Part shown: one piece after another, positions 51,892-64,000 of the stretch | How positions within the stretch are numbered: the first letter of the stretch is position 1 | How the letters are laid out: the number at the start of each line of letters is the position of its first letter | Source of the DNA: Phoronis australis | Lineage: Eukaryota; Animalia; Phoronida | Length of the DNA: 64,000 bases | Direction: 5' to 3' | NCBI GenBank assembly: GCA_002633005.1 | Contig: NMRA01000268.1 | Span: 449,827-513,826, forward strand | Notes under the pieces: model-generated | Seen by the model: the letters and a program-made list of their open reading frames with translations, nothing else | Databases searched by the model: none | What the model was told of the DNA's origin: nothing | Program-made: the position numbers and the translations under genes

Positions 51892-54800
51892 TAGTCAATG
51901 CATGCTTGAGACTTAAAAAATCAGGTAACTCAAATGCACGTGCCTCAACCATGCAGGCGTTAGCTCATTGCAGGTTCGTGCCCGGTGAATGCTGGCATTG
52001 GCATTTTCTATTTTTAAACTGATCATCAGTTTTAAAATCCACGACTTAGGTAAAAAAATTCATTTTGATAAAACGAATACAGTAAATCAAGTCGCCATCG
52101 TATACGTTCATCTCAAATCTAACTTTTTTCAAAAGGAAGGTTTTCACTTCTTATGATTAATGATTAACTGAGAATGGCTACAGTGATGGCTCAACGAAGT
52201 AGAAGCATAAAGTCGCTTTCCAATTAGAATCGAAACTTCACTTTTATCGGAGTCTCGGTGAGTGGGAAAGGTTAACTCTGTTAGTCAATCTGCAAGCGAA
52301 ACTTAACTTAAATTGTAGGATTTAAAAGCAAAGCTTCAGAACTCACCGAAGCTTCGGTGTAATGGAACACTAAAAGCGAAGCTTCGTCGAAGTTATCGGT
52401 AGAGGTCACGGCAACAATACGAGACTCGCAAAACGTGTTCTTTGTTATTATAGCGTACCGGACGTGCTCTGAACAGACGGACGTAACTAAACGAAAAGAA
52501 GCATATCCGATGAAAAATGACAGCCACACTGATCATTTTCATAAACACCCGCAAAAGGCAGGCGAACAATTTTCAGCTAGCCTCGAACCACTACTCAACA
52601 TTCGTTTGAGAACACAAATGAACTGCGTTGTCTGTTGTCATACCGATAATTTCGATATCGCTGTTAAGTGGGAAAGGTAAGCGAAGGTTCGGCGAAGCTT
52701 CGGTAAACCAAAGTTCTAATGGGGCAGGGAGTAATTGAACATTCCGGTAATGAATGTTTTGAATTAACATGAAATCTGAGAACAGTGATGAATCGATCAA
52801 GTTGAACTTGATTAATATATTATTGTGAAATAATTACATTTTAATTTCATGTAATCAATATGAATGAGATTGCTCCACGACTGAATTTTGGTGTGGTAAA
52901 ACCATAGACTACGGTAAAGCAAATCAATATCACGCAGGTGTGTATTCTCAGCAGCAGATCAAACCTAATGCTGGGCAACGGATTCTGTTTTGATACATAC
53001 CGTGCAAAAGATCCAAAAAACATCTTGTTTTCATTTGAAAGAGCTTAGGCTTTATTTTTATAAAAATTCAAGGCAGAATTCTTGTTCAAATTTCCGTTCA
53101 AATGGTCTGTAAACTCTGCTTCTCATTTCCAAAATAGACATTTTTGCATGACAATTTTCACTAAAATGTAAAGTTGAAGCAAGATGTATTTTGCTCAATC
53201 ATCATTAGCTGTATATTCTAGAAGATATTGAACATAAAGGTGCAAGGTCATGGGCTATAGCCCCCCAGCCGCCCATGGTGCGCCGCCCATGAAGGTGCAA
53301 TATGGCGGTTAGAGGGTCAAAAAACAGACACTAAATTAGCTAATAAAAGCAGTCTGTGGATTTTCTCCCCTATCTAGCACAAACTGTCAAATTTTCCTAA
53401 ATGCCAAACAATTGTACACGATATACATTGGTTATTCCAACCACGAAAGCACAGCCTTCAATCTATTTTGAAAGTTACTTATTTTAGTTAACGAAAACAT
53501 ATCACTTTGGAGACAGCTAATATGACCACTAATTGCGGTCTAATGGTCCAGCGGCAAAATTAGGGTTCATTGAGTTAGGATACCTACAGAAAATGAAATT
53601 GTTTTGAATTTTGACGTATAAACTGATTTTTGAAAAACTACTGATGGACTGCCTACTAATTGCAGTTGTTGAATCGAAACTACGATTTATTCACTGCAAT
53701 GGATTAATGAGTTCAAATAATGCAACGAATTGATGAATATGTAAGCAACTGCAATTAACGAATCCATGAAATGCGATGAATTATTGAATCGTGGCGATGT
53801 GGTTTCGTGATATCGAGGAAATCTATAAATACGTAACGTGCTACAAAAAATAGAAATGTCGTAATTATGAAAAAAATACGTGAATAGTTGATTTTCGAAA
53901 TAGCCACGCCATATTGAATTTCACTATCCCGCCAGCGATCAAGGTAGAATTCAATACCTGTCTCGCGGAGAGAAAATCTAGCAATACAAATTGTACTAAA
54001 TAGAAAAAATGGCGTTGAAAGTTGACAGACTTACAACAAAATGCCAGCCTATCCGTCAATTGACCTATCACAAGCTCCGCCCCTTTGCGAAGTCACGTGA
54101 CACCCGACAAACAAATAAGATGTCAAATTCACTATCGCTAAAAGACGTTCCCGGTGGAATCGGCGAGTGTTTTTTGCACTAACCGAAAAAGCTTCGACAA
54201 ACACAACAAACGATGATTTCAGCAGAAAATCATACGTTCACGATTAGGGAATTTGTGAAAGCGACGATGAAAAATAAATCATCGAGGAAAAGTATTTCGG
54301 AGCCAGCCACCTTCACCTGACAAATGACAAGGCCACCGATGTGATATGTTCATGTAAAGTTGGGTATGTGCCTTAAAGTCGAATTATCTGCACGATGCCA
54401 TAGATTTCAGGATCTTTCGAACAAAATCAGTGAAGACTCATCGATATTTTTGTTCTTCGTCTTCTAAAAAGTAGGTCACAACTGGTGGAACTCCCCGAGT
54501 AAAGTAGGTCGCTTTTCTCATCTTTAAACGAAATATTTTGATTAAAAAAACTCGGGTTCATAGCTCAAGTACATACTCATCTTGTGCTAGGCAAGTTGTT
54601 AGCTGCGATAGGTCCAGGGCTGTGTCCAAATCAAATTAATGCACGTGATTGTCCGTAACTGCACCATTAAGACATTTAAGTTACTAGGCCTACCTTCTGA
54701 TGAACTTTGCATTTTTGCAGTTTTGATTGCATAAAGGTATTATTAGATCCTTCCCCATTTTGAAAAGGTGCCCTAAGAGCATTTTGTGGACTGTTCCTGT

Positions 54801-55780
54801 CCTCAATTTTCCAAGATTCCATGAAACTGTCTTCGCATAGTTAAGCTAAGTACCTACTTCTTCCTTCGCTCCCTGTCCTGAAGTATAAAATCGAACTTGT
54901 AGTTTCAATGCTGGGTCATTAAGTAGGCAAATATCAGGCAAAATGGCAATATCTTGCGATGTATTGAGTGATCTAATGCATTTTCGCGGGCCTCGCGTCT
55001 GCAGAACACATGTGCGCCTCATTTTGTTTTTCACAGAGCCCGTATCATAATCTAGTTCAAGATTCACGTGACAGTTTTTTGTGCAAAAATCGTCTGCTGA
55101 AGTTGATGAGTTTTCCGAAAAAAAGAAATGAGATTTAATTTTCAAACAGTTATCGAAAAATCAGTTTGGTCTTGAATTAGGTATACTACCGTCTGTTAAC
55201 ATGTGTATAAACATACATGTAAATATCGATTGATCATTTCTGTCAAATTTCCCTCATGCTTGATTGAAAAAATAATAAACCATATTATATTGTAAGCAGG
55301 TTAACCACGTCGTAGTTGTTAGTAATACAACGGTTGCCTTGTTTCATAACTCAAACATTGGCAATAATATGCCTAGGCCTATATGTGTTTTAACACATGT
55401 AGGCATATTACTTCTCTTTAAAACACTACACCACTGGACTCACAACTGAATAAACCCTCACTCATTTGAGGGTTTGGCCTTTACTGTTAGTCATGATCCC
55501 GAACTCAAATGATTTGGCACCATTTATACTCTTTCACTTGGTAGACAAATATTTCAGTTTATATTTTAGTGGAAATCAAGGACTGGTAGCTTTTAATTTA
55601 TAATGTCTCCTACTATTGCGTGCATGGTTATGCTTGACACGTGCTTGAATTTGTTTCTCAACCAAAACTATTGTTGTTGTGCTTTTATTGACTCACTAAT
55701 TCTCTTCGCTGTTTGCCAGACATTTGTTAAACAAAACCTGGAAGATTGGTGTTTTCATCATTTAAATACGCTTAAATAGA

Positions 55781-56095
55781 TGGTCCCGGGTTCGAGTCCC
55801 GGTCGGAACAACCTTCCCCCCATTACGGTCACTAACATCTCCAGGTGCTGCCCCGGACGGACCGCTCCGTTTTGTTTCTCAATTTTTTTAGACGGTAAGT
55901 GCATGGTTTCGAATGAGGAAACGAACGTTCAGCTGTGTCTGCCGTGGGTGCGATCTATTGACGTTATATCCTACAATCGGCTTCTGCCATTCGATGGACT
56001 ACAGTCGGTGATTTGGCTCACATGAGGGCGCTGCAACCAAGTCGTGCTCAGGTCAGAGTTCTCGTCCCCAGCCGTGGACGACAACAACACGGCAA
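55781..56095 (+). mobile_element. Probable 5'-truncated SINE
   Basis: B box GGTTCGAGTCCC near the start, GC-richer body, (ACA)n-like tail. Confidence 0.35.
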
Positions 56096-59000
56096 CAAAT
56101 CGATTCTGTTCCGAATTTGTCGAATAAAGGTGAACATTAGTTTCCGTGGCAGAGGGTCAGTTTAATGGAGGTAAGTAGTACACTCAATAGGTGGCACTTG
56201 ATAATGTTTTGACCCGCGGTGATGAAGTTTACCGCCCAATTTTATTAAAAGTGGCACCTCATGGGTTGGCAGAGCACTTTGAGTTTTGTGCTGCATGTGA
56301 AGGCTACGAATGGCATTTGCTTGATTTTTGAGTCTCTTTTGATTGAAGGAATGTTAGTTTTTGACCCCTTGACACACTTTTTGCTCAGTCGAGGCCCAAG
56401 TTTACTATTTGTAAACAGGAACTGGATATTTAGCATGTAAGTCAGGAACCTTTTAGACACTTTGGATTTGCAAAAAAAAATGTGACTGGTTGACACCCAC
56501 TTTTCACCCGAAGGGTCTTGGTAGTCACTCTCAGCTCATTGCAAACGCATGCGAATGTTGGCGTTATTGTGAAAACTGAAGATTTTTTGTTCGTTTGCAA
56601 GTAGCCGACTGCTCTTGCGACAGTCACAAAAGGGTGGAAAATCAACTTTGGAATTAATTCGAATGGACTTTGTGCAAGAGTTTTGATCTCTTTGTCCCAG
56701 TGAAATATCATATGTTCAGGTATTGTACACCCTGTGGTAAAAAGAGATGGAACTGTCTAGACTTGGTTTTTCAAGCCCGTAACCAGTACTAAATGTTGAG
56801 TGTCACCTTAGTAATTACAGTTCAAAGAATTCAAGATAATGGGCGGAAAATTTGAATAGTTTCATATCATTAGACCAGCAGTCGCTAACATACTGTAACC
56901 GGCCCGCATTGCCGCTTACTTCGACTATGTGCATGAGTCATGCACAAACTCATAGTGGTAAAAGATGCCGTATGTTCATGAATCCCTCTTCCCACAGCAG
57001 TCAGATATTTTGTTCACAACGTTAATGTTTTCGATTTGGCTTTGAACGGTGAATGACTATGACTATGTGTCCCGGTGTCCGTCCTCCACCCACCGGCAAC
57101 ATGAATTATCACCATACTAGAAAGAGAAACACGAGTAATTGACTAGATTATTTACATTCCAAGTTAAACTTAAAAGTTTGAATACTTCGAACATTTGTTG
57201 AATTGACACTGACATTATAATGCATTATATTGTTTAACAATACGAATGCTAATATTCATTTAGTTCAGTCATTACCCACAAGTTTTGAGGAGTGCACTTG
57301 GCTCACTTTCTGTAGGAGAAATATTTTAGTGGAAGATTCAGTGACTTGATAATTGAAATTTTGTCGTAGTGAAGATACGTTATTTTGTCATTTTTTTGGT
57401 GATTTCAAGTAATAGAGGAAAAGGCCCGAGATCGCCTCAACCTTCCCACAGACACATCAAAACATTTTTTCAATGACTCATCCCCATACCAATACGGGGA
57501 ATAATATTGACTTGGAAGTCCACACGCATTTTCTCTATATCAGTTTGCAAGGTATAAGCCCAGTTTTCTTGATTATATTGAACCATTTGGATTGTCACCT
57601 TGATGTACATTTAAATAACTGATTTTGAAATATGTGGACATTTCCGTGCTTTTCAATAATAAAATGACGTTTGGTGTAACAGTGGCAAGTGCTCATATTT
57701 TTCTCTCTGTCAGATTTCCAAAATATTCATCAAATCTGCCTTAATATTATTAAATTCTATTCCTTGGCGTGGTTTAGTAGTCAACCAAACTTGAAAAGTC
57801 TGATAACTAACGTTTTGATGGAAAAGTCATATTTGAAGCAAACAACACATATCACTATTGCCGAGAACAGTCATTAATCACTCTTTGGGGATTGGCAAGC
57901 TCAAAATTGCGAATGGAAACAAAGTAATTAATGTTTTTAGTTGAAACTATTCTCTTTCAACTTGCCTTAAGATATTGGGGGTAACTAAGTAGGTCATTTT
58001 TGGTAATTAAATAAATATCACCTTCATTCGTTAATGTGTGGTTAATATAGTTTAACGAACTAATGAATAGAATGATCACTGACAGAATGCAACTTACTGT
58101 TTGTCTACTTCGAGATAGGCCACTTGTGATTGATGTGCATAGTTTTGTTAAATTACTTATTTAAACTGGCGAACCTAATTCCATACACGTTCTCTATATT
58201 TGCTCAAAATTCACAAGCGAGAACTGGTCAGTAAAGCTGTCCTAAGCAGACCCATACAATACATTGTGACTTGTCAGTGAACTTGTGTTTTCCATGATTT
58301 CACTACTTCCATGATTTGTTATTTAGTCTCATGTTGCTTGTGGCCATCAGGGGCGNACATTCGCACCCCGAACTGCCAAATGGAATCTGGGAGAGTTTTA
58401 GGGGGGCCACGGCCCCCTTGGCCCCCCTCTAAATCCGCGACTGGATGTCAAGTAATCAACAGTTAATCATGTTAAGAAGTTGCTGACGAAACCTCCCCAA
58501 AGCGGTTTGCACATTAATCATTTGGCTGTGACTAGTAACAAGGCTGAAAATAGGTGACTTCACATTTTAATATATGCTTTACGCCGGAAATATTTTCTGC
58601 AAGTTACGCTATACTGTGGATAAACTTTCACATCTACATTATTATGTGTAACTTTCGAGTCTTGATAGGCACTTGAGACAATTGAAATATTTAAATACTG
58701 AAGGCTCGAACAAATGACCGCTCCACTAACTACTTCCAGAAAAGTCATCACTGCACATGTACAGTATGTAACTTGTGAATTGTTGATCACAACGAGGTCG
58801 ACCTCCATGACCCCATGAATGAGACGATTACTAGTCCACTGCTGCTCGAAATTCTCGTACTAGGATCACAACTCTCGTTTCTGAGCAAAATGTTATTCTT
58901 CAACGATGTCGTATCTGAAGAAATAGGTTCAATTACCGAAGGGTTTGCTCAAGTAGGAAAGACTTAGACATCGACAGCTTCAAGTGGCGTCCTTCTATGC

Positions 59001-59526
59001 TTGAATTGTACTTATAACAACGTAACTTTGATAGTTTGGCCATTGTGTGACACAATTTGCCGAAACGGATCCAGAGTGTAGAGGTTCTATGGGATGGCCA
59101 CCGTCTGAGCCAGCTTTGCTATCCCGGTTCAGAAGTTGGAACTGTTTAGGCTGAAAAAGACTGAGCTTGGTTGAGTAAAACATTACATTTTTTCTGAATA
59201 TTTGTGTTATAGCTAACGAAAGAAGCTGAAGAATTAAATTTGCCACATATTATAGAGAGATGGCATTATTGGTGAATATAGGCAATTTCGGGGAAGTGCA
59301 TTATTCTTCTGCAGTCAGTGTTGTTTTCATTTGCTATCCCAGTCAATAGCATGCTTATTTTGTTTAGGGTGACTTGTACATGTAAGGGTAGGCTTACTAA
59401 CTACAGCAAGAGAGGCTTTTCTACCTTGCGACAGCTCCAACATTTAGCAAATCAAAATAACACTGATTGTAGGAGGATAATGGAATCCATCTGTATCAGA
59501 AAAAATGAGCATGCAATGAACTTTGA

Positions 59527-59953
59527 GCACGGCTGCATGAAACAGTCCCAAATTCGATGTAGGGATTCAACTAAGTTCCCTTAATATTTTCGTGTTTAGG
59601 CATAAATGTAATATCTGTTCTATCATTTTATCTTTGTTACAAACTGTTCTTTGACTAATAGCATTTTCTAATTATATCACTGAAAACTAAGCCCTTAATT
59701 CAGTCAAAACCATTAGGAACTTATTTCTTAAATTAGGTACGTTGCATGAAAAGATCTCTACTTATTTTTTAACAATATTGAGAATTCAACGTAGAGTTCA
59801 CTCTCGATTTGTATCAAAGCCAAAAATTGACTTAGTAATGACACTCAAACAGCATAAAACAGGTTAATCAGTGTTTCCAAAGACCCACAAATACGCAGAA
59901 AATTTAGGGAACGTAGATGAATCCCTATTTGGGACTGTTTCATGCAACCGGGC
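59527..59953. mobile_element. PIF/Harbinger-like MITE with ~60-bp TIRs
   Basis: GCACGGCTGCATGAAACAGTCCCAAAT...AGGGATTCAACTAAGTTCCC vs GGGAACGTAGATGAATCCCTATTTGGGACTGTTTCATGCAACCGGGC. Confidence 0.7.
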
Positions 59954-61069
59954 ACAGGAGGTTGCGAGCTTTTCCGCGTTTATGACGTAGTATTTTATAC
60001 AGCGCAACCTACACCGAAGAAGAAGGCAGAGTCAAAACTAATGCCGACAGAAAGCTCTGCCGATTTTTAAGGTGAACTCTTGGACGTGTATTTTAGAATT
60101 GCGCAGTATAAATCAAAAAATCATTTCTTACGTGTGTAAGAAAAAGTTACAACGACAAGCGGTTCGAATCAAATGTGTGAAGATATGTCGGTGGCATCAT
60201 ATGTGACTTACGGAAACTTAACAATCATTGATCACCAACAAAGATTTTCGTATATATTTTATTCTTGTCACCGTTTGTGTTGTAGAAGAGCTCACTAGTA
60301 CCCCCTAACCGTGTCGCTGAAATCTGAATATAGTGCAAAACTACTTTCGAATTTTGACGTTGCATTGAAATCCAAAATGGCGGCGGCTTAGATGAGAGAA
60401 CCGATTGGTTGTAATTGAAATATGAGGAACATGCGTCATTTAACATTGTGATTCAACTTAGATGGTTCTCGCCTGGACGGTATCACATAATAGGCTTTAT
60501 TTTCTGTAACGGGCTTCCAGACAACACTACAAAGATACGATACACAGAAAGTTCAGGCTATTTTAGCCAGAATTAATCTTTATCAAGAGCTAATTTCGAC
60601 TTTTTTCAGTCTTAAGTGAGTATTCTGCATTTTTAAAGGCATTTAAATCGTGGATCTGTGGAAAATTCCCGAGTTCTATTTGGTAAGTCTTATCGAATCT
60701 AGGCAAAAGTTGCGCCTACTAACTTGTGAACACTTCTGTTGCTGCTGATTGTCGCTCGTGACTTCAGCTAGTGAGGTCATGTCATCAGTCGCTTCAGTCC
60801 CATTCCAGAGTACGACCTCAGATGCTCAGGTCCTCTGAGGTGAACTCTGTCCTCAGCACTTGTGACGGTCGTGTTACCAAGTGCCACGTCTATGCAACAA
60901 CTTTTGGCTTCATGTTCTTCCGGTGGTCTTCTTCTCCGATTTCTTTTCAGTATCCATTTTGTGTGCCAAGGCGTTCAGCATTTAGCTTAATCGTGTCTCC
61001 ACGTGTACATTTACGTGTCCTGCGTTATTGCCGCTTAACACACTGACATTCATTGCTGCAGAGTTCCAG

Positions 61070-62760
61070 GTTCACCGCAGCTTGCACAGGTGTCTTCAAA
61101 TTTCTCCACACTTAAATTCCAAGGAATGTGAAGGGTATCTGAGTGCGACTCCCTGAACAAAAAGCTGAGTCGTTGACTTTGTGCACATATCAAATTCCCT
61201 GGATAAATTTACATTTTTAAGCAAGTTTTCCATTCTCCCTGATTCTTTAAGTCGACTAATACAATTGCTTTTTTCTGTGCTTCGGTGACGCATATTCCTT
61301 CTTACACCATACCTCTTCTTTCTTTCTCCTTGTCGCTTGCCTCATTTGCCCTTGTCTTCCCACACAGACTGTTCCAAGTATATCATTCTGTCGAAATCTG
61401 CTCTTTGTTTCGGCCATTGTCACTTTCCACTTTGTGCCTGACGTAATCATCACCTTTACACATCGCACCGAGATATCATTAGAGTCCCTCAGAGTCATCT
61501 AGGCTCTAGATTTTCCCATTTCAAACCCAACAATCGTTTGACATTTATAACCCAGCAACACTTATTTTACAATCCATTTCATATGGTACACTGTAGCATA
61601 GGGATGGTTTGGCATTTAGAAATCTCAGACCCATCCAAACATAATCGGTAACATTTTTCGAATCAGACACTTTAACCCTATTTGAACAGGACAGTATGAC
61701 TGCACTCCGAAATCGGATGAACTGTTGCACCAAATATTTTTCATTTGCCATATCTTCTCAAATATCCCCATTTTCGGAAGACTATCAGTTTTGCTTTAGA
61801 ACATTTTCAAATGAAGCATCTATTAGTGCTCACAGTCATCAAGTAATTAAGTAATTAGTCTTTGCCTAGCAATAACAATATTGGCAATGAGAACCAAGTT
61901 ATTTGTAAACAGAAATATATAACAATTAAATCTACAGGAACTAATTAACTTACAAATCACTTGCAATACAAGCAAAGGGAATTGATTACAGTTTTAATGG
62001 ACACTCCTTCCAACTCAATCCTCCAAAGAAAAGCAATAATTTAGATTCCCAGGAGTTACTAAGCCATCCAAGCGCTCGACGAACTTGTACAGCGGCGTGT
62101 TGACGTTTTTGCCACTATAGCCAACCTAAATACTCCAATTCGAGAGAGTATTAATGTACATAAAACTTGTAAAGGTGGTTTAAAGATTGACCTAGTGTTA
62201 TTTGGACTTAGACCTGGTCTGAAAATGATCTTCATTTCATGAAGGTAGCTTAAAAGGATACTAAGCCCTGTTTTGGCGATTTCAGCCAATCCTCGTTCTG
62301 TCACCTAATGCATTATTGGCATCAACCTGGAAAGTTAAAAGGAGGAATCAACTAAAAACTAATATTCCCTATGCTGCAGGTTGGATATTTTAGTTCTTAT
62401 TGGGTAGTCTTTCCCCATAGTTGCCTTGTAATTCTCTAAAAGCGTAGGTCACGTTTTCCCGTTTAGCAGACTTCTAATAGAGTTTTCAAACTTTCCTCCA
62501 ATCTTTTGAGGGTTGTCAAGGGCTGTAGAGCGTTATTTTGTTTCAATGAATTGGGAGGGAAAGTCCTTGGTATCCTCTTAGCTTTTAGATCAATAGTCTA
62601 GTAAAACCTTGTTGAACTCCAGTTCAAACCTGGTCCATTCCGGTTTTCATTTCACCACCAAGGTCAAAAGTTCATTCACCTGTATTGAGATGTCAAAGAT
62701 GGATGACATAGGGTTGCGTCCTGTTTGTGTTTGCCTGATTTTACTATTAAAATTGAAAAG
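61070..62760 (-). mobile_element. Possible very decayed LINE remnant
   Basis: LRYPSHSLEFKCG resembles the RTE-X-like C-terminal LRxSSHxLxIExG. Other patches are weak. Confidence 0.3.
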
Positions 62761-63384
62761 TTTTTTAAAAGTGGGCGGTGCTTCCGCGGAAAACTCATTA
62801 CATATGGCGGCAGTGAGTACTCATAAATGATGCATGAGTCAGCTTTCACACTCTGAGGCGGCCATTTTAGGTCGTAACGCACTACTGACAATAAAAAATA
62901 AGCTAAACAATTCATATTAAATTCAGTCAAGTTTGAAAATATGTGTTGAATGAGCACTAAGTGGTCTTAAGTTTGGAATTAACTAACCTCCGGTATAATT
63001 CGTTTTATGATTTGTTTAACTAAAAGGAAGTAGAAAGAGTAACGGTACGTTTGTAGCTGCGTTTTTCTGAACTGTGCAGCCAGTCTGGACCCACTATACC
63101 TCCAAGCCTACAACTTACGTTGACGTGATTTGTCGTCAGTTTTCTTGTTTTCTACAACATTGGCTATTTCTCTAATCAGCAAACGGACCAATCACGTCGG
63201 GTGAAATTGAAAAAGTACTCGAAGCAAGCCACGGTCACGGGCCCTGAACAAACCTTGGAGTTAAAGGCGAAGGCAACCTTTTTTCATGTCATTTTGAGCT
63301 AAAATAAGGTTGGTTGGTTATCCTAGACATATTTTCCACTTAATTACAGCTTTTCGTAACTTTGTTAATTACCCGTCCGCTACT

Positions 63385-63397
63385 CCGGAAGTGACGT
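63385..63397 (+). promoter_or_regulatory. ETS-CRE composite motif CCGGAAGTGACGT upstream of the THAP ORF
   Basis: Exact motif about 135 nt before ATG 63530. CCAAT-type boxes at about 63160 and 63188. Confidence 0.45.
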
Positions 63398-63529
63398 TTT
63401 AGGAGGCAAGCATTTCGCGCCAATTTCTTTTCATATAGTCTGACTGTGAGAGCTGCCGAGTCAGTCATTGTTCTACCTCGGTTGTGTTAAGTTCCGTCGT
63501 CGTTTGCTTTCATTTACTAGTCAGTCAAC

Positions 63530-63979
63530 ATGCCACACTGTTGCTGTGTACCGGGATGTACCAATTATCGTCTCACGCGCGCTTTGGGAGTACCTTTGCA
63601 TCGCTTTCCGATGGATGACACACTTCGCCGTACTTGGCTCGTTCCTGTGAAGAACGCAGCGTTACCCGTCCACGCAACGTACAAAGCAGTCGAGAATTAC
63701 CGTGTGTGTGGCAAGCTCTTTCTGTCGTCCGATTACGAAAGGGATTTGTACGCTAAACTGATGAAGGTCCCTGCAAAACAACGCCTGAAGAAGGATGCCA
63801 TTCCGTCTGTGTTGATTCCCGGCAGTGCCCCGTCGCCATCACCGAGAAGTGCGTTTTTGAAGCGAGAAGCCTCGCGAGCTGTGGCCAGTACAGTGACTGG
63901 AGCCAGTGGAGGCACTTCATCTACTGTCGCCCGTGCCTCCGAACGTATCCCCAGAGCGTGCCATTCCTGGAACCAGTAG
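63530..63979 (+). CDS. THAP-domain ORF, probably the 5' part of a (Kolobok-like) DNA transposon gene, possibly decayed
   Basis: MPHCCCVPGC..LHRFP..RRTW..YRVCGKLF..RLKKDAIPSV THAP signature. TTAA|AGGCGAAGG candidate terminus at 63261-63273. Confidence 0.7.
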   Translation: MPHCCCVPGCTNYRLTRALGVPLHRFPMDDTLRRTWLVPVKNAALPVHATYKAVENYRVCGKLFLSSDYERDLYAKLMKVPAKQRLKKDAIPSVLIPGSAPSPSPRSAFLKREASRAVASTVTGASGGTSSTVARASERIPRACHSWNQ

Positions 63980-64000
63980 TGATTCGCCCTGTGCTGTTTT

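Noticed and set aside
56245-56711. Possible hAT transposase remnant
   Set aside because: No convincing motif could be read.

Overview
AT-rich, repeat-dense animal genomic DNA. An invertebrate such as a mollusc or other lophotrochozoan is inferred from the gene and transposon content; the species cannot be determined. The host genes are two tandem, same-strand paralogues of a GRL101-like (LDLa-LRR, type-C LGR) class-A GPCR. The second is complete: a 3,413-nt exon (36160-39572; signal peptide, about 4 CUB-like domains, an unassigned ~270-aa region, 2 C-type-lectin domains, LDLa) spliced in phase 2 to a 2,212-nt exon (43698-45909; LDLa repeats, LRRs, 7TM), giving 1,874 aa. The first is seen only as the equivalent last exon (11219-13481). 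The most notable receptor features are a possible secreted/membrane switch at the splice donor and the loss of the DR(Y) and D6.30 activation residues in one paralogue only. The rest is mostly transposon debris: L1/Tx1, RTE-X-like and CR1-like LINEs, a Penelope 3' end with a minimal hammerhead-like motif, Academ-like, THAP-bearing (ISL2EU/Kolobok-like), Helentron-type HINE, SINEs and MITEs. All calls were made by eye; no searches were run.
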